A stretch of 64,000 nt of DNA from a virus (IMGVR_UViG_3300027752_000013:2850-66849); one strand, 5' to 3'; shown: positions 26,214 to 37,467, counted from the stretch's first letter. Notes: generated by a model not told the origin, from the letters alone. Made by a program: numbers and translations.

Positions 26214-26731
26214 TGGTAATAAGATTATTTGACATACAGAACAGTAAAGTTGTTTTAACAGAACACTGTTATGCATTGCCATTTCTAAAGAGTATAATGG
26301 AGAAGTATCCAGACACACACATGCAAGTATATCAATACTTATTTTACATGACATGTCCTAACCCAGATTTAAATCCATTCTTTAATCTTCCAGAACATGA
26401 GAAAGAAGATATTATTATTGAAGAGATTGGCTTAGAAGAATCTCCAGAAGATGGTAAGATAAGATATGCAATAGATATGTGTAAGCAAATGTATGAAACA
26501 CCTACCTATAGAGCCTATGTGGGTATTAAAGCTATGTTAGATAGATTAGCAAGGTATATGGAGGTAACCCCTATTGAACACGGTAGAGATGGTAATATGA
26601 ATTCTATGATTAACGCAGCTGCTAAGTTTGAACAAATTAGACAATCATATAAAGGTGCGTTTACTGATATGCAACAAGAACAAGAAAGTTCAGTACGTGG
26701 TGGTGCTGGATTAGCTTATGATCAAATCTAA
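26213..26731 (+). CDS. Conserved-looking protein upstream of terminase; possible small terminase subunit
   Basis: Position, helical C-terminus ending VRGG; function inferred only. Confidence 0.45.
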   Translation: MVIRLFDIQNSKVVLTEHCYALPFLKSIMEKYPDTHMQVYQYLFYMTCPNPDLNPFFNLPEHEKEDIIIEEIGLEESPEDGKIRYAIDMCKQMYETPTYRAYVGIKAMLDRLARYMEVTPIEHGRDGNMNSMINAAAKFEQIRQSYKGAFTDMQQEQESSVRGGAGLAYDQI

Positions 26732-26810
26732 ATGGATAAAAAAAAATCAGAATGGCTTTTTTGTTATTGGGATGAACCAGAATTTAATAATAAATCAACA
26801 AATAAAAAGA

Positions 26811-27089
26811 ATGAAAAATCAAGTAGTAGTACCAGTAGGAATGAAGTTACTAATAAAGGAGATAAAAGCAGAGACTAAAACTGCCTCTGGAATTATATTA
26901 CCTGAGATGGCACGTAAAAAAACTTTTCAAGGTGAAGTAGTAGGACGGGGAGATGAGGTAAAAGAAATTCAAATAGGAGATGTGGTTCAATATGCTGATC
27001 ATGCAATGCCAACACCAATGCAACATCATAATGAAGAACATTTATTATTGCAAGTGGGAGACGTATATGCTATCATAAGATATGAGTAG
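26811..27089 (+). CDS. groES: GroES/Cpn10 co-chaperonin
   Basis: P.G.KLLIK..AETKTASGIILP...GEVVGRG...GDVVQY; start ATG 26811. Confidence 0.88.
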   Translation: MKNQVVVPVGMKLLIKEIKAETKTASGIILPEMARKKTFQGEVVGRGDEVKEIQIGDVVQYADHAMPTPMQHHNEEHLLLQVGDVYAIIRYE

Positions 27090-29271
27090 AGTTATACCTA
27101 CATATGAGAAAGGTTTATGGACAACAACTGAATTTGATTCGGATATAGAATTTAGAGAATATCTTGAATCTATATTTAAGGAACCGGGTAAGTATGACTT
27201 TACAAAAATTGCTTTAGAATTTAATCAAGAAGCAAGAACATTTAATAAGGATGGTTTTTATATCAATGCTCCTTTTAGATCTAAAGACTTTACAGCTTAT
27301 TGGGAAGATCAAAAGAATAAATGTAGAGTTGGAGTAATATACAAAGATGAAGGGAAAGCCTGGTACCTAACTAGGGATTACTATATGTGGTTAAACTTTC
27401 TACCTATCTTTGATAAAGAAGAGAAACATTATGGTTTTGCTAAAGTAAGAGATGCACAATATCATATGGCATTGTATGAAGTAATATCAGAATTAAATAA
27501 TCAGCATGTTGCTATACTAAAAAAACGTCAGATAGCATCTTCTTATTTTCATATGGGTAAAATCATAAATCAATATTGGTTTGAAGAAGGATCTATATGT
27601 AAAATTGGTGCTTCATTAAAAGATTATATTAATGATAAAGGATCTTGGAAGTTTTTAGAAGAATACAAAACATTTCTTAATGAACATACTGCATGGTATA
27701 GACCTAGTAATCCAGAAAAAGTATTATTATGGCAACAGCAAATAGAAGTCAAAGTAAACAACAGAAAAACATCAAGAGGTCTTAAATCAAAGATACAGGG
27801 TGCTTCATTTGAAAAGAATGCTACCACAGGGGTAGGGGGGCCTTGTACATATTTCTTTCATGAGGAAGCAGGAATTGCAAAAAACATGATGCAGACTTAT
27901 GAGTACCTGCGTCCTGCAATGTCTTCAGGTATGATGACAACAGGTCAATTTATAGCTGCTGGTTCAGTTGGTGATTTAGAACAATGTGGTCCATTAAAAG
28001 ATATGATTCTAAATCCAGGTGCAAATGATATATATGCAGTAGAGACCAACCTAATGGACGCTGATGGTACTATTGGTATGGCAGGGTTGTTTATTCCTGA
28101 ACAGTGGTCTATGCCACCTTATATTGATGATTATGGTAACTCTCAAGTTGAAGAAGCTATTGTAGCTATAAATATAGAAAGAGATAGATGGAGAAATGAA
28201 TTAAGTGGAGAACAATTTCAATTAAGAATATCTCAGAAACCTTTAAATATTGCTGAAGCATTTGCATATAGAAAAGAATCAGTATTCCCTCAAGGTGTAT
28301 TATCTAGACAATTAAAAAGAATTGAGGAAAAAGAATATCCTTATGAGTTAATTGAACTAGATAGAGATAGCACAGGTATTGTTGCTAAACGTACAAGTAA
28401 ATTACCTATATCTTCATTTCCAGTAAATAAAAAAGAAGTTGATAAAACAGGTTCAATTGTTGTATGGGAAAGACCAGTAAAGAGCCCATCTTTTGGAGCA
28501 TACTACGGTTCTATTGATCCTGTCTCAGAAGGTAAAACAACAACCTCTGATTCATTGTGTAGTATATTTATATATAAGAATGCAATTGAAGTAACAAGAA
28601 CAACTGTCTCAGGTGAAATAGAACAGTTTATAGAAAAAGATAAAATTGTAGCAGCATGGTGTGGACGTTTTGATGATATAAACAAAACTCATGAAAGGTT
28701 AGAAATGATTATTGAATGGTACAATGCCTGGACAATAGTTGAAAATAATATATCATTATTTATTCAACATATGATTGCCAGAAAAAAACAAAGATACCTT
28801 GTACCTAAACAACAAATACTTTTTCTAAAAGATTTAGGATCAAATAGAACTGTATATCAAGAGTATGGTTGGAAAAATACAGGTACATTATTTAAAAGTC
28901 ATTTGATATCTTATGCAATAGAATTTTTAAGAGAGGTTATTGATGAAGATCTTGATGAAAATGGTAATGTAATGAAACAAACATTAGGTGCAGAAAGAAT
29001 TCCTGATCCTATGTTGCTGAAAGAAATGTTAGCTTATTATCCTGGATTAAACGTAGATAGACTTGTCACATTTGGTGCGTTAATAGCATTTGTAAAAATA
29101 CAACAATCAAATAGAGGTTACACAAAGAGACGTGAATCAGAAGGTAATTCTTTGGATAGTTCAGAAAAAATGAGTAAATTAAAGTATAGTGGTCCTTTTA
29201 GAAATATAGGGCGTAACAAGGCATTTGGAAGTTCTAAAAATAGAAGGTCCGGATTCAAGAATATAAAATAG
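27082..29271 (+). CDS. terL: Terminase large subunit
   Basis: LKKRQIASS Walker A variant, FHEEAG Walker B, GSIDP, IVENN, NVDRLV; precedes the portal. Confidence 0.9.
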   Translation: MSRVIPTYEKGLWTTTEFDSDIEFREYLESIFKEPGKYDFTKIALEFNQEARTFNKDGFYINAPFRSKDFTAYWEDQKNKCRVGVIYKDEGKAWYLTRDYYMWLNFLPIFDKEEKHYGFAKVRDAQYHMALYEVISELNNQHVAILKKRQIASSYFHMGKIINQYWFEEGSICKIGASLKDYINDKGSWKFLEEYKTFLNEHTAWYRPSNPEKVLLWQQQIEVKVNNRKTSRGLKSKIQGASFEKNATTGVGGPCTYFFHEEAGIAKNMMQTYEYLRPAMSSGMMTTGQFIAAGSVGDLEQCGPLKDMILNPGANDIYAVETNLMDADGTIGMAGLFIPEQWSMPPYIDDYGNSQVEEAIVAINIERDRWRNELSGEQFQLRISQKPLNIAEAFAYRKESVFPQGVLSRQLKRIEEKEYPYELIELDRDSTGIVAKRTSKLPISSFPVNKKEVDKTGSIVVWERPVKSPSFGAYYGSIDPVSEGKTTTSDSLCSIFIYKNAIEVTRTTVSGEIEQFIEKDKIVAAWCGRFDDINKTHERLEMIIEWYNAWTIVENNISLFIQHMIARKKQRYLVPKQQILFLKDLGSNRTVYQEYGWKNTGTLFKSHLISYAIEFLREVIDEDLDENGNVMKQTLGAERIPDPMLLKEMLAYYPGLNVDRLVTFGALIAFVKIQQSNRGYTKRRESEGNSLDSSEKMSKLKYSGPFRNIGRNKAFGSSKNRRSGFKNIK

Positions 29272-29281
29272 AACAAAGGAT

Positions 29282-32032
29282 ATGAGAGTATTAAACGCAA
29301 TGCAAATGAAGAATGGGGCTAAAGCTGAAGGCGGGCCTACATTTTCTAGCTTAACACAGCCTATCCAGTTTTTACCTTACAAAGAAAAAACTGATGATTG
29401 GGCTGCATGGAATTTAGATTGGCTAGAACTTCAAGGTATTGAGTTCTTACGTGTTAACTCTAGAAGACTACTTAAAAATTATAAACTTGCTAAAGGGATT
29501 ATTGACAAGACTGATTACATTGTTGAACCAGACAATGAATATAAAGATCTTATGGATACCCTTACAGCAGAAAATGAGTCTGCACTAGAGTTAAAGTTTT
29601 ATCCAATTGTACCAAATGTAATTAATGTATTAACTGGTGAATTTGCAAAGAGATATTCTAAAGTTCAATTTAGAGCTGTAGATGATGCATCATATAATGA
29701 AATGCTTGATGCTAAAAAAGTTCAGATAGAAGAAGCATTGTTATCTGAAGCAGAAGCTAATCTAGTAAGTAAGATGGTTGAGATGGGTATGGACCCTAGC
29801 TCAGAAGAAGCACAAAAACAATTGTCACCAGAAGGTTTAAAATCATTACCAGAAATAGAAGATTTTTTTAGTAAGTCTTATAGAAGTATGGTGGAAGAAT
29901 GGGCATCCCATCAACTTGCAGTAGATGAAGAAAGATTCAAAATGCAAGAACTTGAGGAAAGAGGATTTCAAGATATGCTTATTGCAGATAGAGAATTTTG
30001 GCATTTTAGAATGTTAGAAGATGACTATGACGTAGAGTTATGGAATCCAGTATTAACTTTCTATCAAAAATCACCAGACCAAAGATATATAGCAGATTCT
30101 AACTATGCAGGTAAAGTAGATTTAATGACTGTATCAGATGTAGTAGATAGATACGGATATCTGATGGATGAAAAACAATTAAAATCTTTACAAAGAGTAT
30201 ATCCTGCTAGATCTGCACAGTATCAAGTAAGTGGATATCAAAATGATGGTGCATACTATGACGCAACAAGATCACATGAATGGAATACTAATGCACCAGG
30301 ATTAGCATACAGACAGTTTACATCTAATTATTGGAATGACCCGGCAGCAGGTGGAGATATACTTAGTGAGATATTAAATGAAAATGAAGATGTTTCAATG
30401 TGGGGTGAAGGTAACTTGATGAGGGTTGCTACAATATATTGGAAAACACAAAGAAGAATAGGTCATCTTACAAAAATAGAAGATGATGGGGAAGTAACAC
30501 AAGAGATTATAGATGAGACTTTTAAGCAAACAAAAAAGGCCATATATGACACTTCTATATTTAAACAAAAAACAAAAGAAACATTACTAGAGGGTGAACA
30601 TATAGACTGGATATGGATTAATGAAGTTTGGGGTGGTGTAAAAATTGGACCAAACTTACCTGCTATGTGGCAGTCTAGTATGGGTGATAATGTAAATCCA
30701 ATATACTTAGGTATTAATAGAACTAAACCAGGTAGACTACCTTTTCAATTTAAAGGAGATAATTCATTATATGGCTGTAAACTGCCTGTTGAGGGTAGAG
30801 TATTTTCAGATAGAAATACTAGATCAACATCTTTAGTAGATTTAATGAAGGCATATCAAGTTGGATATAATATGGTTAATAACCAAATTGCTGACATTCT
30901 AATAGATGAATTAGGAACAGTAATAATGTTTGATCAGAATGCTTTACCACGTCACTCAATGGGAGAAGACTGGGGTAAGAATAATTATGCTAAAGCATAT
31001 GTAGCAATGAAAGATTTTCAAATGCTACCTCTTGATACATCTATTACTAATACTGAGAATGCAACTAATTTTAATCACTATCAAACTCTTAACATGGAGC
31101 AGACTAGTAGATTAATGTCTAGAATTCAACTTGCAAATTATTTTAAACAACAATGTTTTGATGCTATAGGTATTAACCCACAACGTCTTGGAGGAGCTGT
31201 ATCAGCTCAAACGGCTACAGGGGTAGTACAAGCTATGCAACAATCATATGCACAAACAGAGATGTATTTTGTACAGCACTCTGATCATTTGATGCCACGT
31301 ATTCACCAGATGAGAACTGACTTAGCACAATATTACTATAGTACTAATCCAAGTATTAGATTACAGTATATATCTACAGAGGCTGAGAAAGTTAATTTTA
31401 CAATTAATGGTACAGATTTATTACTTAGAGATTTTAATGTATTTGCAACTACTAAGACTAACCATAGAGCTATCTTAGAAAACTTAAAGCAAATGGCATT
31501 GACTAACAATACTACTGGAGCAAGTATATATGAGCTTGGTAATATTGTTAAAGCTGATAATATAGCTGAAGTATCAGATATACTAAAAGACTCTGAAGCA
31601 AGAGTTCAAGCACAAAGGGAGCAGGACATGGCACAACAACGTGAAATGCAAGAGCAACAAATCAAAGCTAAACAACAAGAAGAGCAGCAGAAGTTGCAAG
31701 TTGAAATGGCAGAGAATGAAAAAGACAGAAGGAATGATGTATTGTTAGCTGAGATTAGATCAGCTGGATATGGTTCTATGGTTGATTTGAATGAAAACAA
31801 ACAATCTGATTATCAAGATGCTATGAAAGATATCAAAGAAACTACCCAGTACAGAGAACAGATGAATTTTAAACGTCAAGAAAGCGCTACAAAATCTGTT
31901 CAAGAAAATGCTAGGTTGGGTGTTGAAAGAGAAAAGATTGCTGCTCAAAAACAAATAGCTGATACTAAACTACAAATTGCAAGAGAGAATAAAAACAAGT
32001 ATGATGTAAAAAATAATAAGGATAAAAAGTAG
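29282..32032 (+). CDS. Portal protein (crAss-like)
   Basis: 916 aa after TerL; FYPIVPNVINVLTGE, WINEVWGG, GINPQRLG, Q-rich coiled-coil C-terminus. Confidence 0.88.
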   Translation: MRVLNAMQMKNGAKAEGGPTFSSLTQPIQFLPYKEKTDDWAAWNLDWLELQGIEFLRVNSRRLLKNYKLAKGIIDKTDYIVEPDNEYKDLMDTLTAENESALELKFYPIVPNVINVLTGEFAKRYSKVQFRAVDDASYNEMLDAKKVQIEEALLSEAEANLVSKMVEMGMDPSSEEAQKQLSPEGLKSLPEIEDFFSKSYRSMVEEWASHQLAVDEERFKMQELEERGFQDMLIADREFWHFRMLEDDYDVELWNPVLTFYQKSPDQRYIADSNYAGKVDLMTVSDVVDRYGYLMDEKQLKSLQRVYPARSAQYQVSGYQNDGAYYDATRSHEWNTNAPGLAYRQFTSNYWNDPAAGGDILSEILNENEDVSMWGEGNLMRVATIYWKTQRRIGHLTKIEDDGEVTQEIIDETFKQTKKAIYDTSIFKQKTKETLLEGEHIDWIWINEVWGGVKIGPNLPAMWQSSMGDNVNPIYLGINRTKPGRLPFQFKGDNSLYGCKLPVEGRVFSDRNTRSTSLVDLMKAYQVGYNMVNNQIADILIDELGTVIMFDQNALPRHSMGEDWGKNNYAKAYVAMKDFQMLPLDTSITNTENATNFNHYQTLNMEQTSRLMSRIQLANYFKQQCFDAIGINPQRLGGAVSAQTATGVVQAMQQSYAQTEMYFVQHSDHLMPRIHQMRTDLAQYYYSTNPSIRLQYISTEAEKVNFTINGTDLLLRDFNVFATTKTNHRAILENLKQMALTNNTTGASIYELGNIVKADNIAEVSDILKDSEARVQAQREQDMAQQREMQEQQIKAKQQEEQQKLQVEMAENEKDRRNDVLLAEIRSAGYGSMVDLNENKQSDYQDAMKDIKETTQYREQMNFKRQESATKSVQENARLGVEREKIAAQKQIADTKLQIARENKNKYDVKNNKDKK

Positions 32033-32109
32033 TGTTAGCTATATACTGCTAAAAACTTTCACTATTCTTAAAATATTTTAAGTTTAACTTGGTAGTTATA
32101 ACAGAAACA

Positions 32110-32127
32110 TTTCTTATATTATATATG
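32110..32127 (+). promoter_or_regulatory. Putative late promoter motif (TTTCTTATATTATATATG)
   Basis: Recurrent motif upstream of structural operons. Confidence 0.45.
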
Positions 32128-32161
32128 TAACAAGATATTAATTATTAAAACCAACATAATT

Positions 32162-33481
32162 ATGAGTACAACAACACAAACACAACCTGTGAAAAGTAAC
32201 GTAGCACAAAATGTAGAAGTAAATTTAGATGAAATATTTAATGCTGCCCCAAGCGGTGCTGATATGATTCAAGATAACAAACAACCTAAGAATATTTTTT
32301 CAGGGTTACAAGAGAAAGCAGATATGACTTTTGCTGATCCTGATGATGATGGTGCAACAGATGTATTAGCAAAATCAGAAAAAAAGGATGAAGCTACAGA
32401 AGAAATAACAGATGAATCTGCTCAAGAGGGTGCAGAAGAAAAAACAAAAACTTCAACAGATAGCGTTGAAGAAATCTTTGGTGAACTTGGACAAGAGGAA
32501 ACTGAAGAAGAAATTGAAGCAAAAGAAAAAAGAGGAAGAAAATCTATTAACGGTATATCAGATGTATTTGGTAAGTTGATTAAAGATGACAAGATTGTTC
32601 CTTTTGATGATGAAAAAGATTTAGAAGATTATTCTGCTAAAGATTGGGAAGAGTTAATTGAAGCTAATCTAGAAGAAAAAGCTAGACAGGTTAGAAGTGA
32701 AACTCCTAAGCAATTTTTTAACAGCTTACCACAAGAATTACAAATTGCTGCAAGATATGTAGCTGATGGTGGTAAAGATTTAAAAGGATTGTTTACTACT
32801 TTGGGTCAAGTTGAAGAAACTAAAAGTATTGATATTAAATCAGTTACTGGACAAGAAAGAGTAATCACAGAATATTTAAGTGCAACCGGTTACGGAACTG
32901 CAGAAGATATTCAAGAAGAAATAGAAATTTGGAAAGACTTAGGTAAGCTTGAAACTCAAGCAAATAAGTTCAAACCAAAACTTGATAAGATGCAAGAAAA
33001 GGTTGTTGCTCAAAAGCTTGAAGAACAAGATCTTAAAAAGAAACAACAAGAGAACGCATCTCAAGCATACATGAAAAATGTATATGAAACATTAAAAGAA
33101 GGACAATTAGGTGATATCAAAGTAGATAGAAAAACTCAAGCCATGTTATACAATGGTTTAGTACAACCTAATTATCCATCAGTAAGTGGACGTAATACTA
33201 ATCTATTAGGACACTTGCTAGAAAAATATCAATTTGTGGAACCTAATTATGGATTAATCTCAGAAGCTCTGTGGCTCTTACAAGACCCAACAGGATATAA
33301 AGCTAAGATTATGGATAAAGGTGCACAAAAAAGTGTTGAGAAGACGGTTAGAAAATTGAAAAGTGAACAATCAAATATTGGTGGTGCATCATTAGGTGTT
33401 AATCAAGCAGAAAAAGAATCTGTAAAGAAAAGTTCAAAAAGAAAAATTCAAAGACCAAACAACATATTTAAAAGAATTTAA
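32162..33481 (+). CDS. Acidic helical protein between portal and MCP; probable scaffold
   Basis: Position and very acidic N-terminal half. Confidence 0.6.
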   Translation: MSTTTQTQPVKSNVAQNVEVNLDEIFNAAPSGADMIQDNKQPKNIFSGLQEKADMTFADPDDDGATDVLAKSEKKDEATEEITDESAQEGAEEKTKTSTDSVEEIFGELGQEETEEEIEAKEKRGRKSINGISDVFGKLIKDDKIVPFDDEKDLEDYSAKDWEELIEANLEEKARQVRSETPKQFFNSLPQELQIAARYVADGGKDLKGLFTTLGQVEETKSIDIKSVTGQERVITEYLSATGYGTAEDIQEEIEIWKDLGKLETQANKFKPKLDKMQEKVVAQKLEEQDLKKKQQENASQAYMKNVYETLKEGQLGDIKVDRKTQAMLYNGLVQPNYPSVSGRNTNLLGHLLEKYQFVEPNYGLISEALWLLQDPTGYKAKIMDKGAQKSVEKTVRKLKSEQSNIGGASLGVNQAEKESVKKSSKRKIQRPNNIFKRI

Positions 33482-33542
33482 TTAAGTAAATTAAATATAA
33501 ACAGAGTAAAACAATTATTAACAATTAAAAACAATCAAATTT

Positions 33543-35162
33543 ATGGCAACTCCAGTATTAAATAATGGGATTTTCCTACGTGATACAAGCTACAAAGCAA
33601 GTTCACATGTTGATTCTTATCACCTAACCCAAATGCTTGGTAACCCTGAGCCTATGGATATGGGACCAATTGATCTATGGGCTATGACCCAAAAGGTAGA
33701 AATGCCTTTGTATCAAATGGCTTCATTCGGTGGAAAGAATACAATCATGGTGGATAACGCTAGAGGTGAGTACAAGTGGCAAACTCCTATTGCACAAGAT
33801 CTTCCCTACGTAGTAGCGGATATTGAACCAGGCTCTACTACTAAAGGTGTAGATGGAACAACATTTAAGATCAAAATTAACAAAAGAACTTTTGGACACG
33901 GTGACATTATTACTTATGATAAGTATAATGGACTTGAACTTTACATCACAGCTGATGATATTATCCCAGCAGGTGACGGTTATGTTTATACTGTTCAATT
34001 AGTTAACAACAACAATGCGGCTATCTTGGATAACAAGTATTTAGCTAAAGGTACAAAGTTCTTCAGAAAAGGTTCTGCAAGAGGTGAGTACGGAGAAAGA
34101 TTCTCTGACATTGAAACAGGTTCTGGTTTCCGTGAATTCTACAATTTTGTAGGAGGAGCAGAAGCACACGTACACTATTCAATTTCTTCAAGAGCAGACT
34201 TAATGATCAAAGGCGGATTAAACGCTGATGGTACTGTGCCTGTTACTGAAATCTGGAGAAACTTTGACAATGATCCAAACAATCCATCAGTACCAAGTAT
34301 TGAAGGACTTGTAGCAACTATGGGTAAAGCTGGTGCTAGAGATGCATTTGAAAATGGAACTCTAACACGTACTTTCATTACAAATATGGAAGCAGCACAT
34401 TTATCTAAAATTGCAACGGATATTGAGACTTACCTAATGTGGGGTAAAGGTGGTAGAATTAAACAAGATGGACCGGATGATATTAGATTATCTGTAGGTT
34501 TATGGTCACAGTTAGATAACTCTTTCAAGAGAGTATATAACAAGTCATCATTTACTCTTGACATGTTTAAGTCTGAACTTTACAACTTCTACCAAGGTAA
34601 AGTTGAATTTAAAGGGCCAGACCCACAAAGATCACTTGTTGTACAAACAGGTATTGGAGGTATGCAACTAATCAACAAAGCAATTGCTGATGAGGTGTAT
34701 GGTTCAGGTCTAGTTCAAAATGCATCAGATATTGGAGCTGTTAAAGGTTCAGGTATGGATTTAGATTATGGTTTTGCTTACACAAGCTTTACTATTCCTT
34801 TCTTAGCTAACGTTAAGTTTGTATTGAATCCAGCATTTGATAACTTAAACACAAATGATATTGAGAATCCATTAATTGATGGAAGACCTCTAAGTTCATT
34901 TAGCTTTATTATCTTTGATGTGACGGACGAAGGAAATGACAACATTCACTTGTTGAAACTTTCTTGGGATAATCAACTCAAGTGGTTCTACCAAAATGGT
35001 ACTATGGACTACATGGGAAGAACTCAAGGGTTTGCTTCTACTGGTCAATTCAATGGATACAGAGTTTATATGACTCAGACTATGCCAGCTATTTGGGTGA
35101 AGGATCCAACTAAAGTTCTTAAAATTGTAATGAGAAACCCTGTAACAGGAGGATCATTCTAG
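33543..35162 (+). CDS. Major capsid protein (crAss-like)
   Basis: 539 aa in TerL-portal-scaffold-MCP order; LMWGKGG, GLWSQL, VQTGIGG, IWVKDPT; followed by a strong terminator. Confidence 0.88.
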   Translation: MATPVLNNGIFLRDTSYKASSHVDSYHLTQMLGNPEPMDMGPIDLWAMTQKVEMPLYQMASFGGKNTIMVDNARGEYKWQTPIAQDLPYVVADIEPGSTTKGVDGTTFKIKINKRTFGHGDIITYDKYNGLELYITADDIIPAGDGYVYTVQLVNNNNAAILDNKYLAKGTKFFRKGSARGEYGERFSDIETGSGFREFYNFVGGAEAHVHYSISSRADLMIKGGLNADGTVPVTEIWRNFDNDPNNPSVPSIEGLVATMGKAGARDAFENGTLTRTFITNMEAAHLSKIATDIETYLMWGKGGRIKQDGPDDIRLSVGLWSQLDNSFKRVYNKSSFTLDMFKSELYNFYQGKVEFKGPDPQRSLVVQTGIGGMQLINKAIADEVYGSGLVQNASDIGAVKGSGMDLDYGFAYTSFTIPFLANVKFVLNPAFDNLNTNDIENPLIDGRPLSSFSFIIFDVTDEGNDNIHLLKLSWDNQLKWFYQNGTMDYMGRTQGFASTGQFNGYRVYMTQTMPAIWVKDPTKVLKIVMRNPVTGGSF

Positions 35163-35173
35163 GAACAATAATT

Positions 35174-35211
35174 AAAGGGGAGGGGTTAATATCTCCTCCC
35201 TTTTTATTTTT
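35174..35211 (+). terminator. Intrinsic terminator after MCP
   Basis: AAAGGGGAGGGG-loop-CTCCTCCCTTTTTATTTT. Confidence 0.8.
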
Positions 35212-35231
35212 AACTATTAAATATAACAATC

Positions 35232-35483
35232 ATGTCAGCACCAAAACAAATAACTAAGTTGAAGCAACAATTTGAAAGCCCAGCTTATGAAGGTGTATCA
35301 AGAGCAGAAACAGGAAACGCTAGATTACTACATGTAAATGAAGTAATTTCTTGGATACGTGAAGTATCTGTTTCTTCTTCTTATGCAGACAATGCAGCAG
35401 CAATTGCAGCAGGTCTTGTACTAGGAGATATATATCATACAGACGGAGCACTAAAAATTGTTATAGACGCACCAGAACCATAA
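35232..35483 (+). CDS. Small putative virion decoration protein
   Basis: YADNAAAIAAGL..GDIY...GALKI motif seen in phage fibre/decoration proteins. Confidence 0.55.
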   Translation: MSAPKQITKLKQQFESPAYEGVSRAETGNARLLHVNEVISWIREVSVSSSYADNAAAIAAGLVLGDIYHTDGALKIVIDAPEP

Positions 35484-35604
35484 AGTCAAAGACTTTAAGC
35501 AAGACTAAACATCTTGCTTTTAGAAATATTAGTAATAATAGAAGCGTATACTACGGTATACAATTTGACTAGAGTAATAATTATTAATTTTTAAAAACCA
35601 AAAA

Positions 35605-36624
35605 ATGGAAGATTACACAATTGTTGAAAAGTATCAACAGACAAAAAAGACTAGCACTATTGCTATAAGACCTTATTTTAATCCTAACAAGGAAAATATG
35701 GGTTTAGAAACTTACGGACTTTCTCTGCATGACGGAGTATTTCATGAGGAATCACTTGCATGTTTAGAAATGAATGGAGTGAAGAGGTATATAACTGGAT
35801 TAAATGAATTTGATCCAAAAGTTAAAATGTTACCTGCTAAAGAAAAAAAGGTAAAGATTGCAGAAATCAGAAAAGTGGTTTCTGAACTTGAGGCTGAATT
35901 AGCTGCTAATGTAGTTGACCCAGGAGATAAAGATTTTTGGAACAAATTAACTGTGATGAAACCAGATAACTCTAAGTTTTGGGATAAGATTAGTTTGAGA
36001 TGTGGTAATGATCCGGTATTTTTAGATGGTGAGGTAGATCCTTATGATAGAATTAAACTTCATGCAATTAGAGCAGGTGGATTTTCTATTGTTGCTGCTT
36101 CATTAAAAGATGCAAAGCAATCACAGAATAACCCAAAGTTTTATTTAGATACTGTTGAAGAAACTCTTACAACAAGAACTGAATTAACTAAATTAAAAAA
36201 TAAAGCATTATCAGCATTGCAAAATTTATATGATAGCAATCCTACAAAATTAATGTATGTTTCTAAAGTAGCTGATGTAGATAGTGTACAATATACTAAG
36301 AATACACCTAATGATATTATGTATGAAAACATGGATACATATATTAATGGGCATGGTGCAGAATCAAATAAGAAAAGAGCTGCCAGCCAATTTTTAGATG
36401 TTTCTAAATTAGGAATGGAAGAATTGAAATTAAGAGCATTAATTAAAGATGGTCTTTATTATAGATTTATAACAACAAAAGCAGGTGGTTGGATTGAGCC
36501 AATTGACAGTGGTATCAGAATGGGTAAAAGACCTTCAGAAGTATTAGAGTTTTTGTTAAAACCTGATAATGAAGAACAACTTCTTTCTTTGTTGGATAAG
36601 GTTGAACCATATTGGAATTCATAA
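35605..36624 (+). CDS. crAss-like capsid-module protein downstream of MCP
   Basis: 339 aa, position; RYITGL, FW motifs. Confidence 0.6.
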   Translation: MEDYTIVEKYQQTKKTSTIAIRPYFNPNKENMGLETYGLSLHDGVFHEESLACLEMNGVKRYITGLNEFDPKVKMLPAKEKKVKIAEIRKVVSELEAELAANVVDPGDKDFWNKLTVMKPDNSKFWDKISLRCGNDPVFLDGEVDPYDRIKLHAIRAGGFSIVAASLKDAKQSQNNPKFYLDTVEETLTTRTELTKLKNKALSALQNLYDSNPTKLMYVSKVADVDSVQYTKNTPNDIMYENMDTYINGHGAESNKKRAASQFLDVSKLGMEELKLRALIKDGLYYRFITTKAGGWIEPIDSGIRMGKRPSEVLEFLLKPDNEEQLLSLLDKVEPYWNS

Positions 36625-36636
36625 ATATAATTAATA

Positions 36637-37341
36637 ATGGAAAATAGTACACTCTTACTTAAACTTAAACAAAGGCTTAACAAGCTTGATAGTCAGGATT
36701 ATGATAATATTGAATGTTGGCAATTTGTAGAGGCTTTTAATAAAGCACAAATAGAGTGGTGTAGAAGAAATTTACACGGGGGTAATATGTATAAGGAAGG
36801 TGATGAACTATCTAAAAAAAGAATAGATGATTTACAACCATTACTTAGAGAATTAACTCTTACTGGTACTGAGACAGATGATTATTTTGAAACAGATAAT
36901 TTTCCAGTTAATACATATTTAGAATTTAAACGTGTCACTACAGAAGCAAAAGATGATTGTTGTACACCAAGGTCAATGACTGTATATTTAGCTGAAGAAG
37001 CAAATGTATCTTTGTTATTGAGAGATCCATTAAAGAATCCGGATTTTGACTGGGGTGAAACATTTTGTACAATGCTAGGAAATACAATAAGAATATATAG
37101 GAATAGCAATTTTAATATTGTTAATCCTATATTAACTTATTATCAAAAACCTACACTAATTCAAGTTCAAGGTTGTGTTGATCCTTATACAGGTGACTTA
37201 AGTTTAGTAAATGTAAATTGTGAATTTAAAGATGATTTAGTAGAAGTTATGTTAGACGATACTGCTGCATTAATTGCAGGTGATATTGAAAACATATATC
37301 AATCTCAAAGAGGTACACAAGCTGCAGAAAGAAACAATTAA
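36637..37341 (+). CDS. Head-tail ring/adaptor protein
   Basis: LNKLDS..., FNKAQ, RIDDLQPL, TYYQKP, CEF. Confidence 0.65.
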   Translation: MENSTLLLKLKQRLNKLDSQDYDNIECWQFVEAFNKAQIEWCRRNLHGGNMYKEGDELSKKRIDDLQPLLRELTLTGTETDDYFETDNFPVNTYLEFKRVTTEAKDDCCTPRSMTVYLAEEANVSLLLRDPLKNPDFDWGETFCTMLGNTIRIYRNSNFNIVNPILTYYQKPTLIQVQGCVDPYTGDLSLVNVNCEFKDDLVEVMLDDTAALIAGDIENIYQSQRGTQAAERNN

Positions 37342-37361
37342 TATATGATTTTACACAAAAA

Positions 37362-37378
37362 TTGTGTATATTATTATA
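37362..37378 (+). promoter_or_regulatory. Putative late promoter motif (TTGTGTATATTATTATA)
   Basis: Recurrent motif. Confidence 0.45.
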
Positions 37379-37467
37379 GTAACACAGAAGTTACGAGCAG
37401 AGTAAACTGTTAAAATCATTTATATATAACTAGTGAGGGTAATGGTCTTCACACAAAATTAATAATT

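Noticed and set aside
26732-26878. Small ORF MDKKKSEWLFCYWDEPEF... between 26213..26731 and groES
   Set aside because: Overlaps groES by about 68 nt with a low-complexity tail; may be real but cannot be supported from sequence alone
27082-35162. Introns or inteins in terminase, portal or MCP
   Set aside because: Frames are continuous with ordinary lengths, and no intein or homing-endonuclease motifs are visible
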